A stretch of 64,000 bases of DNA, from assembly GCF_964204645.1 (NCBI RefSeq), contig NW_027437450.1, forward strand, positions 1 through 64,000, given 5' to 3'. This DNA comes from Tubulanus polymorphus (lineage: Eukaryota; Animalia; Nemertea). Under the pieces are notes generated by a model that saw nothing but the letters and a program-made list of their open reading frames with translations, was not told the DNA's origin and did no database searches. Shown in pieces: positions 13,040 to 26,410 of the stretch. How positions within the stretch are numbered: position 1 is the stretch's first letter; the number at the start of each line of letters is the position of its first letter. The translations under genes were made by a program, and so were the position numbers.

Positions 13040-13167
13040 ACCTCCAACTCTGACACAACTTATCACATTCTCACATTCCTATTCATATTCTATTCAGTAA
13101 ATCTAAAGGTGAATTAAGAAACCCTAGTTTTTTGTTATTTATTTATGAATTCTAGTATTTGTCGAGA

Positions 13168-13336
13168 GGCAACTTCCGAGCGCTAGTGAGCTGTCAATCA
13201 AACTACACATTATAGTTTTTCTACATCAATTCAAAAATTGATAATTTCCTTAGAAGTGTGATTGCCTTGGCTTGACATAGGTTTTTGAGAAGAATCAATT
13301 GAACTTGAACTGATCTTAACCTTTCGGAAAGTTGCC
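13168..13336. mobile_element. Possible short MITE at a duplication breakpoint
   Basis: Imperfect inverted ends ggcaacttccgag / ttcggaaagttgcc; the left end coincides with the point where the two oxidase-bearing copies diverge. Confidence 0.4.
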
Positions 13337-13345
13337 GCGCATGCG

Positions 13346-13614
13346 CAGTGGTTTCCGCCGCATCAATACGGTCACAGGCAAAAGCGAAGCCGTTTCATCC
13401 CTTGTTATTTTAATATAGTAAGGCGTCGCGCCCGCTGATACTGATCCTTAACAGCTAATTGTTTATCGAAACTCTACAGTGGATAAATAAACAACATCAA
13501 CAAGAGGTATTTCTGTGATATTTTGAATTTATTTGCAGTTTAAATTTAGCGCCATTCTCGCGAGATTATCAACAACCCGGAAGTAAAATCCAAGCCAGTT
13601 TACAAGCCCCTGTG
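13346..13614. repeat. ~270 bp segment present in inverted orientation at ~34146..34412
   Basis: Direct reverse-complement match (agtggtttccgccgcatcaatacgg...tttacaagcccctgtg). Confidence 0.9.
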
Positions 13615-13912
13615 GTAGAAGCTGCTCGCGAGCAACAAATTGTTGTGAAAAGGAAACTTAGTTTAGGTTTATATATCGAGCTTAGTTTTAAACAGATGTA
13701 CCCTCATTACAGCAGAAATAGGCTCTATAACTTGTGATGAGTGATTCGTGTTTGAATCCGAGTTAAACAATGAAAATTTTGATTGATTTCGTTGATCGAA
13801 ATGGGTATGAATCCTTTTGTTCGCAGTTCTGCGCGAACTGCATTATAACATATTTATATATCTATCTAAAACTGAGTGTTATGTTATGTTATAATTTCAA
13901 TGTAAATAAAGA

Positions 13913-14239
<327 letters not shown>

Positions 14240-14859
14240 ATTTTGCCATACATTAAACTTGACCCAAAAATTCAAATTAATGGTCCAATCGTTACCCGAT
14301 GCACGAGTTTATCAGACGGTTTATTGATGGCTACTGAAAAAATTCCTGGACGATAATTCCTGGACGGTTAATGAATTTTTTGGTTGTTCGTTTGTTTGCA
14401 TGCGCTCCGATGATTAATAACCGACCACGACAGCAATCACAACGTGGTTTGAAAGCAGCCTCCGTAGGTCAAGGTCAGGGGTATCATCGGGACTGCTGTT
14501 TCGACTTCCCATTTGATAGAAATTCATCGAGCTCAGGAAAAACAAATTTGCAAATTTCCAGACGCGAAATGGAGCCTGACACTGGTGGTTCAAAACGTTG
14601 TCGCTTAAACGCGTGACTCAATTGAATAAGTTCATGTTCTTCTTTTTTCCATCAAAAAAAGGGGATAAACCTCGATTTTAATCGATTCGATTCGTCGGAA
14701 ACAAAAAATAGGGGTTCGATTCTCGAAAATCGATCGGAAATCGAAGCACGTACAGCTGGATGGAATGGTTCTGGATATTCAAAGTTATGCCGCGGCTTTA
14801 GTAGTGAATATATATAGTTTGAGTTCATCTCATATTGTTGCATCCAAACCACGAAATAG

Positions 14860-14994
<135 letters not shown>

Positions 14995-15281
14995 TTCTGC
15001 GCGTGATTTCAAAAATAATACACGACGAGAAAGTTCACAGTTCGTCTGTAATTTGCATGTTGCTGCATAAAGCCGACAGATTCGAAGCGCGTTCAACAAC
15101 CATGTATGGAAAGAACAGGGAGTGTCAATCTGAAGAGGATACCAATCGTCAGACGTAAGACAGACAGAGATGTGTAGCGCGGAGAGATATCGTAAACTCG
15201 ATGCTACATAGAACTGAATCAGTTGATGCGAAGGAGGAAAACTTCAAGTTATTTCTCAAACGCTCGTGAGATTTATATACG

Positions 15282-16505
15282 ATGAGAAACTTTACGTTAC
15301 CTCCGCTACCTCTGCCACCGCTGCCACCTCCGACGCGGCCGCCACCTCCGCCACGGCCACAACAGCCGCAGTTTATCCTGGCTTTCGTACATTTTCTCCG
15401 TGATTACGATGTTTATAGACGCATTGATTTCACTGAAGTATTGTTCCTGTATCCGCTGGGAAGCGTGCTCAACTTTCTGACGATCATTTTACTGATAAAG
15501 TGTCGCAAATATCAGTCGGTTCGTTACACGTTCCCTTATCTCATAACAATAGCGTTTTCGGATCAACTTGTCGTGTTGTTTGGTTTAAGAAAATTCGCTT
15601 ACATCATGGTAATAACTATAATCCATGGACTAGGATATTATCCGGAATGCAAGAGTTTTCCTAGGAGGATAAATGCCATCGCATCATGTCCATCGATTTA
15701 TCATTATTGGTATTATTTCTATCGTGTAATTGAACAGAATATTCCGATATGTTATATCGAGTATTTGCTTAAAAGTCAAGCGATCACTGTGTCTAATTAT
15801 ATCATCGTTGTGATTTCTATCGAGAGATTTCTCTCCGTTCGTTTTCCATTTTTCCACATGAAACATTTCACAGTAACTCGCCGTAGATATGCCGTAATAA
15901 TTGTAATCGTTTTTGCACTAATTTTGAACTTGGATTTACCGATATCTAATCGAATTAGGGTATCAAATATTGGCTACTTCAAGTTCTTATGTGGTGGTGG
16001 TTATCCAGACAACACCCTCATAATTCGTACATACAGATCTGTTGCGGTATTTATTCGTGATATAGTCCCGACTTTAATTGTAGTAACAACATCAGTGGCA
16101 ACTGCTAGAATTCGCCGTGGAGGTAAAACACGTATTGACGCCTCAGATGGCAACAGTCGTCATAAAACTGAAACCAGTAAAACACTTCTACTAATAGTTC
16201 TTGTTTATCTGGTGCTAGTAATGCCATACGCTATATGTGACTGTTGGCACAAGTTGCAACAGTTGATTATCTCGTTAGTGCGTCGAATTAATGGCTTCAG
16301 AATCACTGAATATAAAAACCCAATCCTCCACTTCTATTCAATGATGCTGTGGCCATTTTTAACCAAGTTGTTCACGATTCCTCGACAGAGCGTTTTCTGC
16401 GTGAATTTCTTTATATACGTTACAACGTTGAGAGTTTTCCGACACAAACTTGTCGGTGTTTTCCGCTGTAACTGTCGCCGAACGATTCCGAGTCAGTCCC
16501 AGTAG
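15282..16505 (+). CDS. Intronless rhodopsin-class (class A) GPCR, peptide-receptor-like, Pro-rich N-terminus, 407 aa
   Basis: Seven hydrophobic segments; TM1 N, TM2 IAFSD, TM3 Cys and SIERF (DRY-equivalent), TM6 Pro, TM7 NFFIY; N-glycosylation sequon NFT at residue 3. Confidence 0.88.
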   Translation: MRNFTLPPLPLPPLPPPTRPPPPPRPQQPQFILAFVHFLRDYDVYRRIDFTEVLFLYPLGSVLNFLTIILLIKCRKYQSVRYTFPYLITIAFSDQLVVLFGLRKFAYIMVITIIHGLGYYPECKSFPRRINAIASCPSIYHYWYYFYRVIEQNIPICYIEYLLKSQAITVSNYIIVVISIERFLSVRFPFFHMKHFTVTRRRYAVIIVIVFALILNLDLPISNRIRVSNIGYFKFLCGGGYPDNTLIIRTYRSVAVFIRDIVPTLIVVTTSVATARIRRGGKTRIDASDGNSRHKTETSKTLLLIVLVYLVLVMPYAICDCWHKLQQLIISLVRRINGFRITEYKNPILHFYSMMLWPFLTKLFTIPRQSVFCVNFFIYVTTLRVFRHKLVGVFRCNCRRTIPSQSQ

Positions 16506-17387
16506 TTCAGTTAGTTCAATGAATGCGTGATGCTGTTTTATTCGCTATCATTCAGTGCTGAGTGACAAGCGGGTTCGAGTCCTGCTGACTCCTTGAGGTG
16601 TACTTGGCCTTGGTCCTTCCGTGAGAATAAATCGTGGTCAATAAAAACCCCAACAGGTTTTCTGTTGGGTGAAGGTAAGCCCAGATCCGAACGACGTAAT
16701 GCTGTATAAACGATATTTTGTACGACTAAAAATATACCGGTACCCGTGTACCAATAATCAATTTTCTTCGCTTGATATTTAATGTTGCGATGATAGAAAT
16801 TTTAATGAGAAAACTAACTAAGTTTTATTGAAGCCTTGAACGATAGAATACATTGCTTAATATTGTCGATAATGTTAACTGACCGACAATGTTAAGACCG
16901 GGAAGATGGGATACCAGGATTCAAATGCATCTGTATTCAGATTTCACTGGCCACGTTTTGGAAGTAGATTATCGATATTCAATGCCGTCCTTATTGCCAT
17001 CGAAATTCATTTTAAAGAAAACACCAGGTTGAAAATGACTAATTACAAAAAGTCAGTTTCTATGATACTATTTTGATGTAACACCACCGACAACACCGTA
17101 TCAGACTTTAGTGATTATCGGTTCGAATGATCGAATGTTGATTCCCAGAAGTCGTAGCCCAGAATGCCGTTCCACAGAGTTCCACGAGTTGAAATTAGTT
17201 CATTTTCAATGAAACTCGGAGTCAAATCTTAACTCAAAACAGTACTGTGGAACTGGGTTCGTTAACAAGAAGTAGATTCAACCACTCATAAGACAGTGGC
17301 GCCATCTGACGATTAAGTTATGTGACTACTTCATTGTTTAAACTAGATCCCTTGTTAGATGATATTACTATTATCATTATTACTATT

Positions 17388-17453
17388 ACTGAGTCTACTG
17401 TCGAACTGAGTCTACTGTCGAACTGTGTCTACTGTCGAACTGAGTCTACTGTC
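17388..17453. repeat. 17-bp tandem repeat (actgagtctactgtcga), ~4 copies; duplicate at ~37461..37526
   Basis: Direct reading. Confidence 0.9.
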
Positions 17454-17499
17454 CAGAAAAAGTTGATATTTGACATGTAGGCCTACTTAGAATCGACGG

Positions 17500-18035
17500 T
17501 TATTTGTCTGAATTTCTACAGCGGATTTTCGCACAGAAATATTCGCGAATTTCTCGTCCTAGTAAAAGATATATGTAGAAATTGACCGCGTAGCTACAAA
17601 CATGGATTTGATTGAAAATGTCATAAAGAAATTCTCGCTGTTCCGGCGAGACTCGTAAAAATGCGGTGATAGTGGTTGGAAGCGTGAACACCGCAAATGC
17701 CAGCGAAACTGTTACGAGCATTATTGTCGTACGTTTTGATCTCGTAGTTTTCTGATCGGACGAAACCAATTTTCGAACCTCTAAATAACTGAACTGTTAT
17801 AGCGGAATTTGATGTTAGAATGAAAAATAACGGTACGATATGAATGTGAACGACAGTTACGGTGAAAACGATCATTTGGTCGGAGAGTTCGTAGTAACAT
17901 CCACTAAACTGGTCGGAAACGTACATCGACAAAATAGGTGTGAGGTATAGGACCAGTACATTCACTGCGATAATTATGAATATAACAAATCTAGCGAATT
18001 TAGGTGTACATATCAAACGAGATGTGAACGGCAAG
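17500..18035 (-). pseudogene. 5'-truncated, frameshifted GPCR fragment (TM4-TM7)
   Basis: Overlapping ORFs 17621..18034 and 17500..17769 are joined by a +1 frameshift at ~17768; same truncation point; divergent TM6-TM7. Confidence 0.82.
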
Positions 18036-20864
18036 AAATGACGTATTTCGGTCTCAGAAAGGTCATTATCCGATTTTTCTTATGATACTGGGCCTTTTGG
18101 CGATACATATAATAATAATACTATTAATAGTAATAATAATTTATTCAGCATAAAATCCATATAAAATATGCTCATTGGCTTTACATCATATATAAAAAGA
18201 GAACATAGAAGCAGAGAAAACTAAAACGAATTTAGTTAAAAGCTTTCGATGGGTTTTGAACTTAGATTTAACATCGATTGAGGGATTAGATTCAATTTGA
18301 CTAGGTAAAGTATTTCAGAGTACTGAGGCAGAGTACAGGAAACATTGAGGAAATTTGATCGATGCATCTTCGAAATTTCCATTGAAAACTTGATTTCTGG
18401 GAACAACGTGGCCACAAGTCGGCCATCTTGAATTGTGTGTGTAAAGATACCTATATCAACTGAATATCAAGACAATCCACCAAAGCGTCTACAAAACTTC
18501 CCAAATTGACTGGATTCCGTCTACAGATGAACGAACAGTAACGAAAAGTGAACGCAATTTCCCGCTTGGACTTTTAAGTCCCTAATGGACTAAAAAGCGA
18601 TGTATTTAATTTTGAACTCCTTCCACCCTCTTCGCTCGCATCTCCCCCTTTAAACAGCATAAAGATCGCCAAAAACACACGAATGAAGATTAGTTGAATG
18701 TTGAAAGGGGGTATGACGATAGGGATTTCAATTTTGTAACATATTTCTATAGAACATTGATTTCAACATCAAAATCGTTGACGTTGCACAATATATAAAA
18801 TAGCATATACTTTTGCAGCGAACTTCGATATTTCATCACCTGTTCTGCTTGGGATTGGAATTTTCGAAAATAACAATGGTAAAAACTCTCGGAAGCTATA
18901 TTTGATTACCGGGTCTCGGTCGACTAGGTCTTTGATGAAATAACGCTATTATATTTGCACCCAAACAGTCTGTTAAAATACGCAACGTTATTTACAGACG
19001 GTACATTTTGTATATAACCACAAGCATCAGAGGCGCAGACGACATCGAATCAACAGCGACGTGAACAGTCATCAAACCGTAAGTAATGAATCAGGGAGGA
19101 AAAGTTTGCAGAAAATTGTTCAAGCGAATGATTTGGTTTAATTTATTTCGGTGACTTCGTGTGTCCAATGAAGACCACAACAATATTCCAAGACCATAAC
19201 CGTTCTTTTTGCGCATATTAAAGCTTTTCTAGAATCTGGGCACTGTTGGGCTCGTCACAAAAAAATAATTGTGAATGATTGAGAGAGCATCTCAACATTT
19301 CGATAGTTTTTTTTCAATTAGAATAACTCGCGGAGGGGGTTGGGATTGGGGGGGGGGGGGGGGTTAAGGTTTACCGCGGTATGATCACGACTACCGAATA
19401 TCGAGCATTACTATATGTTTTGAGTATTAATCAAAAAGCTGCTTGTTCGGAAAAACATGCACTCTTTGTAAGCTCTTTGTTCACTTTGTAATCATGCACT
19501 CTTTACGAGAAATTTGTAGAGGCGTTTTTGTTTATAAAGTCTCTTAGAGTTTAAAAGCTTTTAACAGATTTCTTTCATGATTTTTCAATTAAAAGTTGTG
19601 ATCAAGATACATTCATCAGAGCTTATCTTTGAATGTGGTCTTGGACATGTGTCTGATCAAAGTGGGTTGGGGGTAAAAAGAATAAAGACAGTTATACTAA
19701 TTGATGCGTCAACTATTGAAATCTTGGAAGACTACCATAGTCATTGGGTTGGTGCGCGAGCTAATACGGGGTCACTAACGACTGGGATTGGCTACGAATG
19801 TCGTGATTGTGTAATTCACGGAGCCTCCCCTGTTGCGTGAAATCATCGATATGTGGTCGGTGAGATCGAATTCAGTAAATGATTTGGGAAAATACCATTA
19901 TGTAGAAAAAGTAGGACCGTTTTGAGGCCGCTTCGAGCTTTATTGAGGGGGAGTTCTATTTCATGAAAAAGACACCTTTTCACCAAGAAAAATAACACTT
20001 ACCTTAATACCATAAGCGGAGATCTTGAAACGATTTTCTGAGTACTTGAATAAATCATTTGTGAATGGATTCTTTTCACTTTTTTTTCATTTTCCAAAAT
20101 AAAACGTGAAAATTGTAAACAAATTTTGACGAAAAAGATCTTGACCCGAATTTTTTTTCACACTGACTTTTGAAGGGCACAATGAAAATTTTAGGGTTCG
20201 TTCACTACCACTGAACACCCTCGATACACGGGAAACACCCGTAACACGGTCTCTTCTCTACGTCTGAACCATCCTCGCTTGCCAGGGTTTGATTGCCTCA
20301 CGGCTTAGGGGCCACCAGTCTTGGATTAAGCCAATGATATGCGATGGTTTTCACCGGCAGATTCGCTACGCATCCCTGATTGGGTACATAGACTGGTGGC
20401 CGCTTAGCGGTTCGACGGTTCCTGGCTGGCAAGAGCGCACTTTTAATAACAATAACGATTTCACGCGGGGACAATACATATCTCAGTTATCTGTCGGTTA
20501 TTGATAAATGCCAAAACACCGAAGTGGTACCTGCAGCGAGTGAGGGTGACATCTGAGACCCATTTCGCTTTTTCATATGATAGATTATTCAATGATTCGA
20601 CTGGCGTGTTTCAGTGGGTTTAGGCATCGGAAAACGAATGAAATATCCAAACGTTTGATTTTACAATATTTTGTATTTATGAACATCATTATCATTATTA
20701 AATATCTTAATCGCCTTTGCGGCCGATCACATGTGCGTTCATTATAGGAATCGGGCCTTAAACAGGGTGAATATAGGTTGCCGTAGAATTCGCCAGTTAA
20801 TTTCTTAATGATTCAAATAGGTATCATTTGATTTAGTGAAAAGTTATTGAACGCTATCACCACG

Positions 20865-21684
20865 ATGAAGTCGATCATTGCATTATTATGTAAGTAATTC
20901 GTTATAATACTGTAATTCCATGAGTAACTCACAACTTTTTCACGATATACAATGGATGGATTTTCCCTAATTTTATGTTTGTTTTTCAAGTCGTAGCGGT
21001 TGTTGGTGTCGCATTTGCGCGTTACACGGTCGAACAGTACCAGACAATGTGTAGTCAACATTGCGATAGAGAATCGGGAAGGGTCACCGACCTGACTGAG
21101 AGAGCAAGGCTTTTACAAACTTGTAAAAGGTAAGTTAAATTTTCTAGTGATCAGTAAAATATTCTTGCCGTATAATCACTCAGCGTGTTCATCCTACGTG
21201 CGCGGGCGGCAACCAAACCCCGGCAAGCGAGGGTATGCTGTACCTAGAGGTACGTATAGATCCAATAGCTAAATGATGTCCAGATATCGTTTTGAATCTC
21301 GTCCAGGTTCAGCAGGTTATTTTCACAAAATCACGTCACTGAAAAAAAAAAATTGTAAGTGCCTAGTTCTGTAGCTAGGTGGCGAATTGGGGCCATTCAA
21401 GTTTCATCGAGATCCACACACCATAAACGAAGCTAAGCATCCGAACCAATAACGCGTCTATTGATATCTAGCTCTAGCTTAAATCTATATTTGGGGGAGG
21501 GACTCAAGTTGTAGAGGATGTTTGAATGAAAGAGATAACTGATCTTTGCATTTTCATTTTCAGCCATTGTCAGAAAACCGCAATGTGTTTAAGATCAAAG
21601 TGCGGCGGATCGATTCAATCTGTACAGGATGTGTGTTTTGTGAACTGCCAGCGTGCTGCTGCGCAAGCTTGCATGACTTCGTAA
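20865..21684 (+). CDS. Secreted Cys-rich protein, type A copy 2 (94 aa); join(20865..20889,20991..21129,21564..21684)
   Basis: Intact splice sites and frame. Differs from A1 by K>R, I>L, AE>VQ and M>V (...ERARLLQTCKSHCQKTAMCLRSKCGGSIQSVQDVCFVNCQRAAAQACMTS*). Confidence 0.9.
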
Positions 21685-23248
21685 ATAAACGTATTCTGCA
21701 AATCTAACACAATTGACAGCATGTTTCTCGTATATTTTGACTAGGGATGAATTTATGTTTTGAAATCCTCCAACAGTAGTTTGGAATGTTAGGGGTGAGA
21801 TGTTTCATCTGCCCGAAGCAGCCGAGGGCTCTGCTTCGTTGGCTGCCGGGTTGTTCCATATCGATAGAAAAATTGGATCGGTTGTCATTTTAACAAAAAT
21901 CGACTGCTCGGCTGTTTTGCATTCTCGTGTTTAACATTTTCAGGCGCCATGTTTTTTTTGCTACCCGCTGGGTCCGCATGGTTGGATTTTCTTTCATATA
22001 CCAATATCAAACACGCTGATATTCTTACCTTTAACTCCAGGTTAAAAGGGAAAAAAACCAACAACAACATAACCTTGTACTTACGTTAAAGTTTGACAAT
22101 TGCATGCGATCAATAATAGTTTTACCTGTACCTAAAGAAATTCTCAACTCAACAGTTGTTATTTTCACGATTAGTGTAAAAATATTTTTTTTTACAAACT
22201 GATAGAATAAGGTTCCTGATCGCTCCAGACAATTTTCAACTACATTCCAAAGTTATCGTACTGGTTTACTGATTTACAAGTGCGACTGAGCCAGAATTGT
22301 TCGCAATAAAGATACTCTAATTTACACTTGTTGTGCATTCGACTAGGATGACACAACTTCACGCGAGACATGACACAAAAAACATTGTTAAAAAAAGCTC
22401 AAAACGTTTTTCAGAATGTTTTTCGGCGTGCTTTTGATTAAGAATATCTATTGCATTTTGCAAAACGACCCGGCCGCTTAGGAGAAACAATGTATCATTT
22501 TCTAAGCCTAATGGTACGACTATGCTGGAGATATGCGAAATTGAAAGTATTTCGCTATTCCTCATAAAGAATGTCGGTCTTCAAGATGAGTTGAATGTAA
22601 TGAGGAGAGGATGACGATAGGGATTTCAATTTTGTAATATGTACGGTTTGATAAGATATTGATTTCAATATTTCATTCGGTTTTGTTTTTTAGAATATGA
22701 AATAAGTATATTTTCCGATGAAGTTTAATTTTCGCCACCTGCCCTGCTGATGATTCATATTTACGTACTTTCTCTTGAAAGTGGTATATGATTACCAGAT
22801 CGGTGGGTACGTTCTCCGGAGAGAGTATATTATTGATTTACACTCTAACAGTCATCAGAGGCGCAGACGACAGCGAACATACAGAACTTTGTACGTCCAG
22901 TAAAGTCTGTGGTTTAGCTACACGATCAAATATTTTCACAAACACAAGACCGTCAGATTATAAAAGCTTACCACCAACGATTGGGTAACTATCTAATGTT
23001 TTCGGAGGTTGAGGCTAGGAATATTTTCAAAAGCTATGTGCGGTACTTTTGTCTGAAATCATCGAAAACTGTATTTGAATGAGGACTGATGCAGCAACCG
23101 ACGCGGTCACATGACGTCACGTGTTTATTCTAAAAATAAGGCTTAAAATACGCTGATTGTAGGTTTTCATAGAAATTAGCAGTTTACTTCTTTATGATTT
23201 ATCGTTTGGTGTCACTGCAGATTTAACATATCGAACGCTATCACCACG

Positions 23249-24291
23249 ATGATCATTGCATTTTTGTGTAAGTATTTTTTATTATAGAAATACTGCGATT
23301 GCGTGAGTAATTCTCGACTAACCCCTATTTTGTGATAACCTGTGGTTGGATTTTTTTCAAGTTGTAGCAGTTCTCGGCGTCACGTTCGCGAGTTACACGG
23401 CCGAATATTACCTGAAAACGTGTAAACATCATTGCATCACTGAATCAAATAAAATTTCTAATCACAGATGGAGGAATGTGCTGTTACGACAGTGTGAAGG
23501 GTACGTTAAGTTTTCTAGTCGGCATTTAGTAAAATATCTCAGACGTGATCGGGTGTACACCGCTTTAATCGCTAATTCCTTATGAGGCAAGCCGTAGGCA
23601 ACAACGGTTACCGGGCTTAGACTCGAACCCCGACATTCCCATGCGTTAGTTCCCGTAGTATATTTGTATTTTGTATCTAGGGCCAGTAGCTAACTATTTT
23701 TGAGATGGCGTTTTGAATTTCGATCCGTCAGCAATGTCGGTCGCTGAAAAATAAAGTTTTAAATGCCTTTTTCTGCTGCTAGGTGGCGCGCTGGGTCCAT
23801 CTAAGGGTAAATAGTATATTATGTACATAAGTGTGAGCCCAGTTTCTTAAGTTTCAAAGGCTTTAATGACCGTTTACATAATTAATTGTAAATACTGTTT
23901 TTGTCCTCCATGAAAATGGTTGGAGTGTAATAAATATTCGTAGTATCATCAGCATCGACCCCACTATTAACGAAGCTAAAGCAACTGAAAGACGGACAAG
24001 ACGGACGGACAGTACATACAATAAGGGTCTCAATGAAGCCCGAAAATCATTAACGCATCTATCGATATCTAGTTCTAAATTCTGGCTTTACATAACGTAA
24101 TTTGCGCAAAAATAATTTGTCTATAGATTTAGATGATGTTGAATGAGATTTCTAATCACTGAATTTATATTTCCAGCGAGTGTAAGACCATCGCTCATTG
24201 TGTTACGTTAAACTGCCCGGTAGTGATGCAGACCCAATCTGAAATGGATAAATGTATGGTGGATTGTCAGCGTATTTTGTCCCCATTTTGA
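23249..24291 (+). CDS. Secreted Cys-rich protein, type B copy 2 (90 aa); join(23249..23267,23362..23500,24177..24291)
   Basis: In-frame 6-nt deletion in the signal peptide (MIIAFLFVAVLGVTFA). Mature SYTAEYYLKTCKHHCITESNKISNHRWRNVLLRQCEGECKTIAHCVTLNCPVVMQTQSEMDKCMVDCQRILSPF*. The downstream AATAAA region is deleted relative to B1. Confidence 0.8.
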
Positions 24292-24634
24292 ATTTGCACC
24301 GACACTACTACACTACATTAGAATAGATTATCATTCTAGTTAACTCGGACTAACTTTAGTGCAATTAGCCCCTAGAATGTAATGATATTCGTTTTAGTGC
24401 CGGGCAACTGTAGTGCAAGGGCTTCTCGGCAAATTGCAACAACCGAAGATTCTATGACAAGTAACGATCTGCATCAAGTGGTTTGGTCCTCGTTGCTACG
24501 GAATTTCTAATGCCTTACTTGAATGCTCCCTTAAGTGAAAAAGAATAACTAGCTACCGTACACGTCTTTATTTTATATGTACAATCATTTATTCATAAAA
24601 ACATCGTAGATGTTATCGTACGTTTCATTTATTG

Positions 24635-24804
24635 TCAATCATCTTCCTCTCCCACCACCATAGTATCATCAACTTCATCTTCATCATCAAAATCACTGCT
24701 GTCATCGTCAAATATATCTAAATGATCTTCTTCAGCCGTATTCATCTTAAAAACAGCTAAACACTCTCGAGGAAAATCAGTTTTCTTATTCTGAATCGCA
24801 TTGC
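24635..24804 (-). other. Orphan terminal coding exon with acidic tail (second, frameshifted copy at ~9067..9237)
   Basis: Minus strand reads ctaattcttattttcag| then NAIQNKKTDFPRECLAVFKMNTAEEDHLDIFDDDSSDFDDEDEVDDTMVVGEEDD*, with AATAAA immediately after the stop. No upstream exon identified. Confidence 0.5.
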
Positions 24805-26410
24805 CTGAAAATAAGAATTAGAACAATTTTTTTGACGTTACCATTTAAGATCTCTTACATAAGGCAAAGAAGGAACATTTTTGATAGACCATCTCTCTGA
24901 AACTTTGATAAGGGGTCCAGGGGCACCATGCCCACTTGGTCAAATGCTTGACATTGAGACAATTTAGATATCGATGCTCCCCCTGGTGAACAAATATAGA
25001 AATACCAAGTTTTTCCGCTATTCAATGCCCCCTGATGTCAAGATACAGAATCTAATAAGCTTGACATTCAATACAATCATAAACTCGAGGTCCAGGGACA
25101 TCATGCATTCTTGGGAGGTGGTTTGAAATGTTCAATACGTATCTAACAGATTCAATATTCAACGCCCCCTTGTAAGCATATACAAAAAACCAATGACCTT
25201 TAAACTTGCCACAATCATAGAACATGCTATGAACTATAATTTTGCAAATGGTTATGGTTACAAACCATACCCATGTAGGCCTACCGATAAAATATAGAAA
25301 TATCAAGTTATTCAACAATATCAAATGCCCCCTGAGCCCGGTAACCATGAAACCCGATGAATTGAAACTCAAAACAATCATAGAACATGTCATGAAGTAC
25401 AACTTTGCAATGGATTGTGGTTACAGAATATGCATCGGTACCGATATCAATCAGGAAAATTGTATGATTTTATATTCAGCTCCCCCTGGTGGTGAGAAGT
25501 ATTAATGAAACCCCATTTCCACGGGAGGGGATAAATCCTATGAAGTGCTTAGAATTATCAAATACCAAGACTTTAACTTAACCTGTTGATATTTTCCTCA
25601 AAAAACATTTTCCATCTACGAATAAGGACTTAGATGACACTAAGATTGCGTGACAGTTGACTGATCGAAAAATGTCTGGTAGATCCCTTCCCATAGTAGG
25701 CCTACACCCATCACAAATTCCTATGGTTGCAAGTTCCAATTGGGCTTAAGAGGCCTTGCTTGATAGGCCTATATATTCAAAAGCCCACGAATAGCCTCAA
25801 ATTAAAAAAAAAAGTCAGCAGGGCCTCTACTACTACTACCCGCATTAATAGTTCTACCTAAAAAATGCTATATTTAGCTAGGTAGGGGAGAGCCTGTATC
25901 AAACCGAACGAACATAAATATCCACTGGCCTATCAGCACCTTAAGAAGGTGCCATAAGGCTATAGCTAGGGTAGCTAGGCTATGAAAAAAAAAACAGGTG
26001 CCGGTGGTGGTGGGGAATCGATCCTTTCAGCTTTTACAGGTCTACACTACAGCCCTATTTTCACAACATCAATTTTTCTAGACCGTGACATTTTTCCGTA
26101 TCTTCTCTTTATTCAGTGAGGTGTCAAAGCCTGCATAAATTTGGTTTCTTTGGTTTCCTCTCCCTCTCCCTCTCCATCTCCCTCTCCCTCTCTAGCATTC
26201 ATATGCTATTGGATGGTCGTCCAGCACGTGAGTACCGGTATATAAATTTCTACTGGTGGTGAAAAATATTGCAGCTTTCGTTTAAAGTGGAAGTTTTGGG
26301 TCACGCCGTGTATTTGTTAAGCTCTCTGTCTGTATAACAGTGGCTGCAGCGGCGGCTCACCTGACTATATTTCACATGCAGACAGGATACCACGCTGGAG
26401 ACCAGTCGAC

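Noticed and set aside
16565-16600. GGTTCGAGTCC B-box-like motif (similar at ~7540, ~28372, ~30215) as tRNA
   Set aside because: No cloverleaf or A-box context; at most tRNA-derived SINE remnants.
17388-17453. Short direct repeats (also 50118-50345) as a CRISPR array
   Set aside because: Head-to-tail tandem units without unique spacers; eukaryotic context and no cas genes.
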